Assembly (NCBI GenBank): GCA_964016885.1
Contig: OZ024745.1
Coordinates: forward strand, 62,372,001 to 62,436,000
Reading direction: 5' to 3'
Origin: Eledone cirrhosa
Taxonomy: Eukaryota
Length of the DNA stretch: 64,000 nucleotides
The notes beneath the pieces were generated by a model. The model was not told the DNA's origin and did not search any database. It worked only from the letters and a program-made list of their open reading frames with translations. Position numbers and translations under genes: made by a program. The stretch's first letter is position 1. The number at the start of each line of letters is the position of its first letter. Of the stretch, positions 45,737-61,399 are shown in pieces.

Positions 45737-45928
45737 ACGAAGGAAATGTGGTAAGGAACCAGGTGGACCATAACGCACCAAAGTACTCAATACTTAGGGT
45801 AGTAGAGTGGGTAATAGGAAACAGTAAGACCCCGACGGCTGAGCTCAAGCCGTTTCGACGGCTAATTCTAGTCCAGAATTAGCCGTCGAAACGGCTTGAT
45901 GTCAGCCGTCGGGGTCTTACTGGTTCCA
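45737..45928. mobile_element. Short fold-back insertion of the Neptune-like terminal repeat
   Basis: Same ends and nearly the same apex (agtcc, 45870-45874) as 37205-37396. Confidence 0.85.
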
Positions 45929-46092
45929 TATATATATATATATGTGTTTAACTCATGGAAGTAATATAATTGGCGCATAAATATGATTCGAAAGTACAAT
46001 TATTTTTGTGGTCTTACGTAAAACAGCTTGGCTATAGTAATGACACCAGACACACACACACATACACATACACACACATACACACACACGCG

Positions 46093-46152
<60 letters not shown>

Positions 46153-46225
46153 TACACACACACACACACACACGCACACACAGACACACCCACACACACA
46201 CGCACGCGCGCACACACACGCACAC

Positions 46226-46301
<76 letters not shown>

Positions 46302-47278
46302 TTATATGGAAGTTCCCAATTTCCCAATTTGTTTTCCCGATATTTTGTTTTAATTTTTATGATTAAATATTATTTCTATGTTACATTTAATAACTAAAAT
46401 TACAGAAACGGAATGAAAAGTTACACTATGATCATTCGAAAAAGTGAAGTTCGGCCAATTGTCGTTGATATCGAAGTGAATTTCTCTCGTTGTTTTAATT
46501 CAAATTCATTGGGTCTTGGTATTATTGAAAATATTGGGTGAATTTTAACAGAAATTCGTTCATAAGATTTGAAAGGAATAGTACTAATTATTTAATTGAA
46601 ACTGATAGCTTGCAAGCAGTTGTTTCTATATTCATTGGATACCGGAAATATAGTGAATAATAAAACAGCATTGAAAACTCAGATTTTCATAAAATTTACA
46701 GGACTGAACGTGCTTTTAAGACATCATGAAGCAGTTAAAGCAAATAGCGAATAAAATGAGGTGAGTGATTGCCCTTCGAATTCTATTATATATACATGAT
46801 TATTTAACGCATGTACAAAGATTGGATTGAGAACGAACTCTATGGGGGAAAAGCAACCGTCAATAATAATATTTTAAGAAAGGATATCCACTAATATCCC
46901 TGTGGTATTTCTGTCTCAGAGACTGTCATTATTGCTTTGTTTTCCCACAATAGCAGAACATAAGAGACGTGGGAGAATGAGGGATCATTTTCACCACCAT
47001 CCGTCGGTATACTTCTCGCCAAGTGTGTCAAAATTTGCAAAATTCAAATTGATATAAAAGGGCAGTGAACCAGCAGTTGAGAAGGCACAAACACTGTAGC
47101 TGAACCCCTGACCCATACTGAAGAGTATCACTTCAGAATGTGGCATCGCGCAGGTTTGGTGTTGCATTGAAATCAATCACTTTACGATGTGGTACTGAGA
47201 ATTTCCTGGCTTTAAGGAAATTGACTGGTCCTCCTGTATTTTCTTTTAACAACCCCAGGACCCTTTCACCACTCCCTC

Positions 47279-47320
<42 letters not shown>

Positions 47321-47326
<6 letters not shown>

Positions 47327-49340
47327 CGTAAAATAAGAAAATTATAAAACTAACTTACTTACTAAAATATCACTTCCAACTAATTAGTTTCTGGAATGGA
47401 GTAAATATATTTTCCGAAGAAGATATTGAGAAACATTCCGTCGTCAGGGAAGTCTATTCTCATCTAAGTTTCCAGGCAAAGCGAGGACTCTGGAAACTTA
47501 TTAAAAAATAATTCAGTGGATAGGAAATAGCAAAGCGTGGACTAAATTCCTAGCCATTGAGAAAATCACTGCCTCTGCGTCAGTGGAAAATTCAAAAAGA
47601 ATCAAACACGTGACATCGAGGTCAATCAGTGGAAAGTGGTTTGCTAATAAGACAGCGGCCTGCCTACTACCATAGCAGCAGTCATGGCCAATATTGGTCG
47701 ACAAATAATTTGGAGATAATTATAAAGAATTAGTATCTAGTAACATATATATACATACAGATGCATATCAATGCTAGCAAATATATAGGTTTTGTCTTAG
47801 TAACATTGTGGTTCAATGCATGGGGTTGCAGAACAATAATATGAGAGACGTAAAATAAGAAAATTATAAAATTAACTTACTTACTAAAATATCACTTCCA
47901 ACTAATTAGTTTCTGGAATGGAGTAAATATATTTTCCGAAGAAGATATTGAGAAACATTCCGTCGTCAGGGAAGTCTATTCTCAGCTAAGTTTCCAGGCA
48001 AAACGAGGACTCTGGAAACTTATTAAAAAATAATTCAGTGGATAGGAAATAGCAAAGCGTGGACTGAATTCCTAGCCATTGAGAAAATCACTGCCTCTGC
48101 GTCTGTGGCAAATTCAAAAAGAATCAAACACGTGACATCGAGGTCAATCAGTGGAAAGTGGTTTGCTAATAAGACAGCGGCCTGCCTACTACCATCGCAG
48201 CAGTCATGGCCAATATTGCTCGACAAATAATTTGGAGATAATTATAAAGAATTAATATCTAGTAACATATATATACATACAGATGCATATCAATGCTAGC
48301 AAATATATAGGTTTTGTCTTAGTAACATTGTGGTTCAATGCATGGGGTTGCAGAACAATAATATGAGAGACGTAAAATAAGAAAATTATAAAATTAACTT
48401 ACTTACTAAAATATCACTTCCAACTAATTAGTTTCTGGAATGGAGTAAATATATTTTCCGAAGAAGATACGGAGAAACATTCCATCGTCAGGGAAGTATA
48501 TTCTCACTGAATTATTTTTTAATAAGTTTCTAGAGTCCTCGCTTTGCCTGGAAACTTAGATGAGAATAGACTTCCCTGACGACGGAATGTTTCTTATATC
48601 TTCTTCGGAAAATATATTTACTCCATTCCAGAAACTAATTAGTTGGAAGTGATATTTTAGTAAGTAAGTTAGTTTTATAATTTTCTTATTTTACGTCTCT
48701 CATATTATTGTTCTGCAACCCCATGCGTTGAACCGCAATATTACTAACACAAAAACCTATATATTTGCTAGCATTGATATGCATCTGTATGTATATATAT
48801 GTTACTAGATATTAATTTTTTATGATTATCTCCAAATTATTTGTCGAGAAATATTGGCCATGACTGCTGCTATGGTAGTAGGCAGGCCGCTGTCTTCTAA
48901 GCAAACCACTTTCCACTGATTGACCTCGATTTCACGTGTTTGATTCTTTTTGAATTTGCCACAGACGCAGAGGCAGTGATTTTCTCAATGGCTAGGAATT
49001 CAGTCCACGCTTTGCTATTTCCTATCCACTGAATTATTTTTTAATAAGTTTCCAGAGTCCTCGCTTTGCCTGGAAACTTAGATGAGAATAGACTTCCCTG
49101 ACGACGGAATGTTTCTCAATATCTTCTTCGGAAAATATATTTACTCCATTCCAGAAACTAATTAGTTGGAAGTGATATTTTAGTAAGTAAGTTAGTTTTA
49201 TAATTTTCTTATTTTACGTCTCTCATATTATTGTTCTGCAACCCCATGCATTGAACCGCAATATTACTAACACAAAAACCTATATATTTGCTAGCATTGA
49301 TATGCATCTGTATGTATATATATGTTACTAGATATTAATT

Positions 49341-49345
<5 letters not shown>
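47321..49345. repeat. 522-bp tandem plus inverted array with one type-I HHR per unit (retrozyme-like)
   Basis: Unit starts at 47321, 47843 and 48365, with an inversion at ~48505. HHRs on - at 47372-47453, 47894-47975 and 48416-48497, and on + at 48570-48650 and 49092-49173. (TA)n on both sides. Confidence 0.93.
49092..49173 (+). ncRNA. Type-I hammerhead ribozyme with extended stem II (representative copy)
   Basis: ACTTCC-CTGACGA-cGGAATG..ATATCTTC-TTCG-GAAAATAT..CATTCCa-GAA-ACTAATTAGT-T-GGAAGT. Confidence 0.85.
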
Positions 49346-49414
<69 letters not shown>

Positions 49415-49420
49415 TTAATA

Positions 49421-49460
<40 letters not shown>

Positions 49461-49504
49461 TATTATATCTTAACCACTTAACATCTCAGTGTATGTCATG
49501 TATC

Positions 49505-49567
49505 ATTATATTTTGTCTGATGAGGACGTACTGTTGTACATCCGAAATATATATAATAAAATATAAT
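49505..49567 (+). ncRNA. Solo type-I hammerhead ribozyme
   Basis: ATTATATTTTGT-CTGATGA-GGACGTAC-tgtt-GTACATCC-GAA-ATATATAT-A-ATAAAATATAAT, giving a 12-bp stem I. Confidence 0.8.
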
Positions 49568-50381
49568 TGATCAAAAGAACATCTATTTTATTAATACTTA
49601 TATTTTAATATATATATATATATATATAATCTCGTGATAATGAATAGGGTGTGGTCAAAGTCAGTTGTGGATTAATGTCTCAGTTGGTTGCTTGCTAAGT
49701 TTTCAATCCGTAAAAGTTTGTGTGGAGATGATACCGGTGACTTTAGAGATGGGTGGGTGAAGATACAAAAAAGAAAATAAGAAATAGAAAAAATATAATC
49801 GTGAAAAAAACATTAAACAAGATTTGTACGTGAAGGATGATAATCATTAGATTAAGCGTATATTTATTGATCAGTAACCATATATCTGTATATGAAAAAG
49901 ACATATATAAAATATATCGGATTGGAACTCTAGATAAATAAATATTTAGCTAGAATTAAGGAATTAGCTGAATAAATAAGTAAATGAATAAATAAACGAA
50001 TTAATAAAAAGAAAAGTGAAATGATGTTTTTATGTCGTGGACTTGGAGTGTCTATTGACGTATGTTTACTGGTAAGGATGTTTATGCTGTTGTTCTCGTC
50101 TTATAATCTCCCGACATAAATGCACTCGTTATATATCCTATAACTAATATAAATATCTTCACTATATATAAATATTTCTACAGTTTGTTTATTATTTTAA
50201 ACTATTACGCACAGGAAAGTGTATAATTCAGTTTTGCGTCACTGATAGTAATGTAAAAATTACAAATGTAAGTTCGATTTTATCTTACAAGAAGAAAATA
50301 GGCGTTGCACCTTTTCTCAAAACGTTTACTACGTTTTATTTATTCGTTGTATAATTTTCTGAATAAATGTTATTATTACTT

Positions 50382-50571
50382 TGGTGGATTGGCAGTATCG
50401 GTAGAGGGTCGGACGCCATGCTTTGACGCAAACAATTACGGCCCTTTCCATTCTGAGTTCAAATCCCGCCGAGGTTAACTTTGCATTTCATCCATAAGGG
50501 GTCGATAAATTAAAGTACCAGTAATGCACTGGGTAATTGCTGGCCTTGTGCCAAAAGTAGAAACAATTATT
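50382..50571 (+). mobile_element. Near-full SINE (Nin-core family)
   Basis: ggtggattggcagtatcggtaga..ctgagttcaaatcccgccgagg..gtagaaacaattatt. A more decayed relative follows to ~50705. Confidence 0.85.
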
Positions 50572-50975
50572 ACTTTATTAGTTCACCTCTACCTCGGTTA
50601 ACATTCCCTTTCATACTATCCGCTCGATAAAGTAATGTACCAGTGAACTACTGGGGCCAATATACAGGATTTCCCACCACGAAGTTATGGTTTGTACTTA
50701 AATTAGAATTTATCTTTGATTTATCTTTGATTTATGAGTTTGAGATATCTAGCCCCATATACTTGAATTAAAATCTTCTCTGATGTTATTTACATAATGG
50801 CACACCACTCTTAAGTTAGCCGTTGTTATTCAGGTGATAAAGTTCCTATCCCGCTTTCCTAATTTTGGAAAAATAAAACGTACGAGTGATGATAAGGTTT
50901 GTATTAGTAATCTATAAATATTAGAACATTTTACTTTCCGGCAATATATATATATATATATAAGTATAAGTATAA

Positions 50976-51348
<373 letters not shown>

Positions 51349-51353
51349 AATAA

Positions 51354-51420
<67 letters not shown>

Positions 51421-51425
<5 letters not shown>

Positions 51426-53795
51426 ATATTTGGGGAGGGTCATATTTGCGTAATATTGCCAGAATTAATAACAGAACACACTCACTGTTTGGTTGGTTTT
51501 CGCTTCTCGCTGTCTTTTATATCTGCGATCTAACTTATTCGGTCCTCAATGTTGCCATTGACTGACCGGCGGTCAAAGATAATACAGATACAATATAGAC
51601 ACAAACACATATATATAGTTTACATAATTTACATAAATCTTTCGTTGCACATCTGCAACATCGTCAGTGGTGTTATATTCATTGTTCCTCCTGTTGTGTT
51701 GTATGTCTACGCCATTTTTTTTTGTTCAGTCTGTCTATATATTTATTTATTTATTTGCTTGTTTGTTTATCTTATTTTATTTTGTCTTCTTTGCGCATGC
51801 GTTTGCGTGTGTGTATAGTGTTATGTGTGATGTGTGACTAGTGTGTATAGTGTTGTGTCTGCTGGGTGACTAGTGTGTGTCTATGTGCTTGTTGTTATTG
51901 TGCTTGTGTATGTATTTATTTATCTTATTTTATTTAATTTATTTACTTATTTATACTTCTCTTAGGTCAGTGTTGTTTGTTTGGGTGTTGTTGTTGTTCC
52001 ACTCATTCTTTCTGTTTAGCTTTGGTCTTCTAATTTCTATTTCACTGGCCTCTCTGATTTGCCTATCTGCTGGGTCATTCCTATGTTTAGATATTATTCT
52101 AATTTCTATGTTGTCTATGTTACCGTCATGTTGTTGTCTAGCATGTTCGTATAGTACTGACCCGTTTTTTCGTCCTTTTAGTTCCCCCCAGTGTTGGTCT
52201 ATCCTTTCACCTATGCTACGAGCTGTCTCACCTATGTATGTTGTTGTCATGTTTCTGCAAGTACCCTCTGTACATCTTATGCTATAGACTACGTTTCTAG
52301 TTTTACATTTATCCGGGGGTTCACCTTACATATGATACATTTCCTATTGGTACAGTGGGTTTTCTTAAAAGGGTAGGTTTTGCTGATCAGGGATTTATGG
52401 TGGTTCCTGGCTTTTCTACCACCTTTATTTTTAAGTGGGTCTTTCTCAGGGCCTTTCTACACTGGTTAGCTAATTTCCCTCCAGGGGTGGCGTCCACAAA
52501 CATGACACTCTGATATCTCTGGTTGTCGTACCATGATGTGGCCTTCCCTATCTTATGTCTAGCCCTATCTAAGCTATTCCATGATTTGCTCCTGTATAGT
52601 GGGCAAATTCCTTTCATGTCCAGTTCTATGAGGGTCTTATACTTTTCCATGGCTCCTTCGTATACTCTGACTCTGTCTCTTTGGTTGTAGCCAGAGAACT
52701 GCATGCGGTTGATGAAGTGTTGGATGTGTCCTTCCATTTCTGTTGGGTCGCACATGCTGGACACATTCTTCATCACTCGTACCAAATCTGCGATCAGAAT
52801 ATTAAACTTAGCACTACTGGACATTGCTGAGTTTTTGAGTATCAGGTATTTGGACGCCATGGGTTTAGCATAGTGTGAGTGGAGAATTTGGGCTCTCTCG
52901 TCTATAGTGTTAATCCAGAGTTCTGTGTCTAATACAGGTAGTCTATTGTTAGGGTGTTTGGAAGGGAAGTCTATAGTTACAGTTATACTCTGGTGTATGG
53001 AATTAGCTATCTGCTGGATGCTTTCCATCGTGCTACGTTCTAAATCAAACTTGTTAGTGCTCTCTAGTGGGGGTGTTCTTATAACTATATTGATGTCGTC
53101 TACATAACGAGAGTACATGATGAGGTCTATGGAGCTTTCATTAAGGAGATCTTTAAGACTCCTTTCCCACCATACCATGAAAAGGTTGGCAACATCACCA
53201 GCTATGCTGACGCCGATGGCTGCTCCCTCATTTTGGGTGTAGATTTTCTCATTGAACTTAAATATGTGGCCCTTTAGGGTAGTTTTGATACTAGCCCCTA
53301 TTGCATGTGCGACCATTTTTCTTACCTGATCAGTGTTTTGGGGGGTCCGTATAGCTTTGGTCCACCCAATCCACCTTCCTATGGGAGTCTTTTTAGCCAT
53401 TGAGGTTATGGTGGGGGGTCTACCTCTTATAGGTCTACTAGGGCAGAAACATCTAATGTCATGGCTGTCTAGGTAGTCAGTGTCGTAGGTAAGTCTAAGT
53501 AGGAGGCCCAGTTCGTCTGTGTCGACGTCGCAGAACTCCACCTCACTCTCAATGATCATCTCCACACATCTTTTCACAGCAAAATCAATGTTAATGGATG
53601 GGTACAGTCACACCACATCCATGGTGCCTATTATGCAGTTGGATAGGCTCCTGTTTTTGTTGCACTCACTGATTCTGCTGAGGAGGTCCTCTGTACTTTC
53701 ACATACATCTGGGGACATCTTGATTATGGGGCGTATAACCATTGAGAGGAAGTGGGAGATCCTGTAGTTGCTAGCTATATTAGCTCCGCATACGG
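51421..53795 (-). mobile_element. Inverted left arm of a young PLE (RT + GIY-YIG)
   Basis: Near-identical reverse complement of 54583-56960. ORFs at 52387-53577 and 51951-52250. Confidence 0.95.
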
Positions 53796-56700
53796 AGATA
53801 TAGTACACGTACCAACATCAACAAAAACAAGAAACATAATAATAGTAACAACCACAATGGTAGAAATAGCAGTAACAACAACAACAATAACGGTGAAGTA
53901 AACAACAATACATCTAGCAATCATAACAATAATAATATTAATGCTAATCATAGAAACAACAACAACCACCATGATAACAATAATAGCAACACACACAACT
54001 ATGACGATAGAAATAACGACAACCCCTTAGAGAAACTATTTTTCAACCCAGCCGACAAAACATATAAGATGGGTAATATCTATCCTACGAGGTTAACCTT
54101 TAATAAAAGAGTTTGCATACCACAGCAAATAGATGACGAGACGGAGGCACAGTTCACCATAGCTAGAAATAATATTAGACAAGTAGTAGACAGGTACACT
54201 ATGAGACAGAGCAGACCAGAGGCCCAACAACTTGGAATAAAACCTGTAGAAGGCTTGGTTAGCCTCAAGCAGCGCACAAGGGATGGTGAGGTAGTGTGTC
54301 TACCCACAGATAAGTCTGGTAGGATGTCAATAGATAGCATGCCGAACTACATCGAGGCAATGCAACCCCACATCACCAACACGAGCGAAGTTGCACAACT
54401 AACAAACGATGGCAGAGAAAAAATCCTCAACGCTCACATGATGATGTGGACTGACATCCTAAAGCCAAGCAGACGCACTGCCAACAACTTCCAGCCGTCT
54501 AACAATGGCATACCACCCTTGTATGGGCTCCGCAAAGACCACAAGACAGTCGACGACCCGACAACAGGACCACCAACAAGACCCGTATGCGGAGCTAATA
54601 TAGCTAGTAACTACAGGATCTCCTACTTCCTCTCAATGGTTATACGCCCCATAATCAAGATGTCCCCAGATGTATGTGAAAGTACAGAGGACCTCCTCAG
54701 CAGAATCAGTGAGTGCAACAAAAACAGGAGCCTATCCAACTGCATAATAGGCAGCATGGATGTGGTGTCACTGTACCCATCCATTAACATTGATTTTGCT
54801 GTGAAAAGATGAGTGGAGATGATCATTGAGAGTGAGGTGGAGTTCTGCGACGTCGACACAGACGAACTGGGCCTCCTACTTAGACTTACCTACGACACTG
54901 ACTACCTAGACAGCCATGACCTTAGATGTTTCTGTCCTAGTAGACCTATAAGAGGTAGACCCCCCACCATAACCTCAATGGCTAAAAAGACTCCCATAGG
55001 AAGGTGGATTGGGTGGACCAAAGCTATACGGACCCCCCAAAACACTGATCAGGTAAGAAAAATGGTCGCACATGCAATAGGGGCTAGTATCAAAACTACC
55101 CTAAAGGGCCACATATTTAAGTTCAATGAGAAAATCTACACCCAAAATGAGGGAGCAGCCATCGGCGTCAGCATAGCTGGTGATGTTGCCAACCTTTTCA
55201 TGGTATGGTGGGAAAGGAGACTTAAAGATCTGCTTAATGAAAGCTCCATAGACCTCATCATGTACTCTCGTTATGTAGACGACATCAATATAGTTATAAG
55301 AACACCCCCACTAGAGAGCACTAACAAGATTGATTTAGAACGTAGCACGATGGAAAGCATCCAGCAGATAGCTAATTCCATACACCAGAGTATAACTGTA
55401 ACTATAGACTTCCCTTCCAAACACCCTAACAATAGACTACCTGTATTAGACACAGAACTCTGGATTAACACTATAGACGAGAGAACCCAAATTCTCCACT
55501 CACACTATGCTAAACCCATGGCCTCCAAATACCTGATACTCAAAAACTCAGCAATGTCCAGTAGTGCTAAGTTTAATATTCTGATCGCAGATTTGGTACG
55601 AGTGATGAAGAATGTGTCCAGCATGTGCGACCCAACAGAAATGGAAGGACACATCCAACACTTCATCAACCGCATGCAGTTCTCTGGCTACAACCAAAGA
55701 GACAGAGTCAGAGTATACGAAGGAGCCATGGAAAAGTATAAGACCCTCATAGAACTGGACATGAAAGGAATTTGCCCACTATACAGGAGCAAATCATGGA
55801 ATAGCTTAGATAGGGCTAGACATAAGATAGGGAAGGCCACATCATGGTACGACAACCAGAGATATCAGAGTGTCATGTTTGTGGACGCCACCCCTGGAGG
55901 GAAATTAGCTAACCAGTGTAGAAAGGCCCTGAGAAAGACCCACTTAAAAATAAAGGTGGTAGAAAAGCCAGGAACCACCATAAATCCCTGATCAGCAAAA
56001 CCTACCCTTTTAAGAAAACCCACTGTACCAATAGGAAATGTATCATATGTAAGGTGAACCCCCGGATAAACTGTAAAACTAGAAACGTAGTCTATAGCAT
56101 AAGATGTACAGAGGGTACTTGCAGAAACATGACAACAACATACATAGGTGAGACAGCTCGTAGCATAGGTGAAAGGATAGACCAACACTGGGGGGAACTA
56201 AAAGGACGAAAAAACGGGTCAGTACTATACGAACATGCTAGACAACAACATGACGGTAACATAGACAACATAGAAATTAGAATAATATCTAAACATAGGA
56301 ATGACCCAGCAGATAGGCAAATCAGAGAGGCCAGTGAAATAGAAATTAGAAGACCAAAGCTAAACAAAAAGAATGAGTGGAACAACAACAACACCCAAAC
56401 AAACAACACTGACCTAAGAGAAGTATAAATAAGTAAATAAAATTAAATAAAATAAGATAAATAAATACATACACAAGCACAATAACAACAAGCACATAAA
56501 CACACACTAGTCACCCAGCAGACACAACACTATACACACTAGTCACACATCACACATAACACTATACACACACGCAAACGCATGCGCAAAGAAGACAAAA
56601 TAAAATAAGATAAACAAACAAGCAAATAAATAAATAAATATATAGACAGACTGAACAAAAAAAATGGCGTAGACATACAACACAACAGGAGGAACAATGA

Positions 56701-57017
56701 ATATAACACCACTGACGATGTTGCAGATGTGCAACGAAAGATTTATGTAAATTATGTAAACTATATATATGTGTTTGTGTCTATATTGTATCTGTATTAT
56801 CTTTGACCGCCGGTCAGTCAATGGCAACATTGAGGACCGAATAAGTTAGATCGCAGATATAAAAGACAGCGAGAAGCGAAAACCAACCAAACAGTGAGTG
56901 TGTTCTGTTATTAATTCTGGCAATATTACGCAAATATGACCCTCCCCAAATATAACAATATCTGTTTCGACACATGATTTCATATAAAAAACCTCGCAAA
57001 ACTAATTCATCGCCGTT
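53796..57017 (+). mobile_element. Young 5'-truncated PLE (clade uncertain, possibly Nematis-like)
   Basis: The frame is open from 53796: LPTDKSG, PPLYGLRKDHK, TRPVCGA, SMDVVSLYPSI, QNEGAAIG, RYVDD, LPVLD, then NCKTRNVVYSIRC..YIGETAR..R..QH..RQIREA. One TGA (54810) and one frameshift (~55983). Confidence 0.95.
56709..56747 (+). ncRNA. Minimal hammerhead motif in the PLE 3' repeat (mirror copy at ~51633-51670 on -)
   Basis: CTGACGA-T-GTTGCA-gatg-TGCAAC-GAAAGATTTA. Stem I is weak (about 2 bp). Confidence 0.6.
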
Positions 57018-57025
57018 ATATATAT

Positions 57026-57297
57026 ATTGTTATACTTTGGGAGGGTCATGTTGTCAATAAGAAACACACACATCAGTTGATTTCACTTCAATTTATTATA
57101 ATAAATTTATAAATTTAGGAATTTATAAATTTCCGGTTGGTTGGTTGGTTCCACAACCAGATGGTTGTTTATATATTGTCAAAGTTCTTTCGTCACACAT
57201 TCTGTGACCTCTTCAGTGATTGGGGAGTCTTTTCTTTGTTTTTGTGCCTCTCCTTTGTTCTGTCCTACGCCATCTTGTTAAAGAATTCAGAAACGAA

Positions 57298-57300
<3 letters not shown>
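57026..57300 (-). mobile_element. Second insertion of the 35478 family, with HHR at 57179-57219 (-)
   Basis: Colinear with the reverse complement of 35745-36017. TCA-CTGAAGA-G-GTCACA..TGTGAC-GAAAGAACTT-TGA. Confidence 0.8.
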
Positions 57301-57328
<28 letters not shown>

Positions 57329-57799
57329 TGTTCCTGATGTTTAATTTGTTATTTAACATTTGTCTTATCTATTATTCGTAAATCGTGTTTGAAAATTATC
57401 ATTCATTTAGCTACTAAAATCTATTGACTACAACACCATTTTAATTGCTATCACATCACCTGCCAAGCAAGTCAAGCCACGTCCACAAGATTTAATACAC
57501 AGCGTGGACTTCAAATACACTAATGCGATTTTACTTCTTATTGGTTCATACATTTTCTCTAAATATTTATATAGTCACGTATGTACTCTACGCCGACCGA
57601 TCACAAACGCGTAACTATGTATGTTAATCAATGATTGCCGTCCAGAATGTTAGCGAGGAAAACCGATCACACGCTTTAAAGATCATTAATTTACGAAGTG
57701 TAAATATACCGCCTTTACTTCATGATTTACTGTTTAAATTTTATCGGTCATTTATGTATACCCATTAACAAGCACATAAACACACGCATATCTTTGCAC

Positions 57800-57833
<34 letters not shown>

Positions 57834-57899
57834 CATTTTAGACCACACACACACAAACACACACACACAAACACACACACACATACACACACACACACG

Positions 57900-57948
<49 letters not shown>

Positions 57949-58071
57949 ATAACAATAAATGTGAAGACTAAAATCCGAAGAGGGCTCGATAAGGATAAAT
58001 ATATAAGAACCCTAGAGCAAATATTTAAGGGTGAAAGCAGCGATTCTTTGCTTAAACTTTAATCTGTTATA

Positions 58072-58125
<54 letters not shown>

Positions 58126-58515
58126 AGTAATATAATACATATTATTGCAAATGTATACCACTGCCAGTAAACATGTTTTTTTTAAATATATACCAAAAGG
58201 ATGAGTTTAAAAGCAGAGACTGAAATAAAGTCTAAAATTATTAAAGAATCACGAAATCCAACAAAAACAATTTATTTTGAAATAAATCTGTTTAAAAATG
58301 GATCAAAATGATTATCAAAGGTACTTCTAAATATTCCCTTGTGCAGAAGGTAATATTTATTTATAGGATTGGGATTTGCTCTAAATATACTGTAAGAAAT
58401 AATTATAATTGTTATTTTATAATTATACTCCAGACTTATATTAACAAATACATTTGAAATCAAATCGTTCCTGATTGATAAGATTAAGATCCACCAATAT
58501 CATGAAATATATTGA

Positions 58516-58553
<38 letters not shown>

Positions 58554-58564
58554 TATATATATGT

Positions 58565-61399
<2,835 letters not shown>

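Noticed and set aside
46960-47280. GC-richer segment as a possible host exon (also ORFs 756-1128 and 10412-10687)
   Set aside because: No recognisable domain, stops in the candidate frames and no clear splice signals.
47476-47543. UCCUCGC/UCCACGC loops resembling the L3 loop of HDV-like ribozymes
   Set aside because: I could not build a consistent P1, P1.1, P3 and J4/2 around either copy by eye.
54810-54812. In-frame TGA at a Cys position, suggesting selenocysteine as in some Naiad PLEs
   Set aside because: The other arm has TGT here and carries its own private TGA at a Ser codon. These look like ordinary nonsense mutations, and the endonuclease is C-terminal, unlike Naiads.
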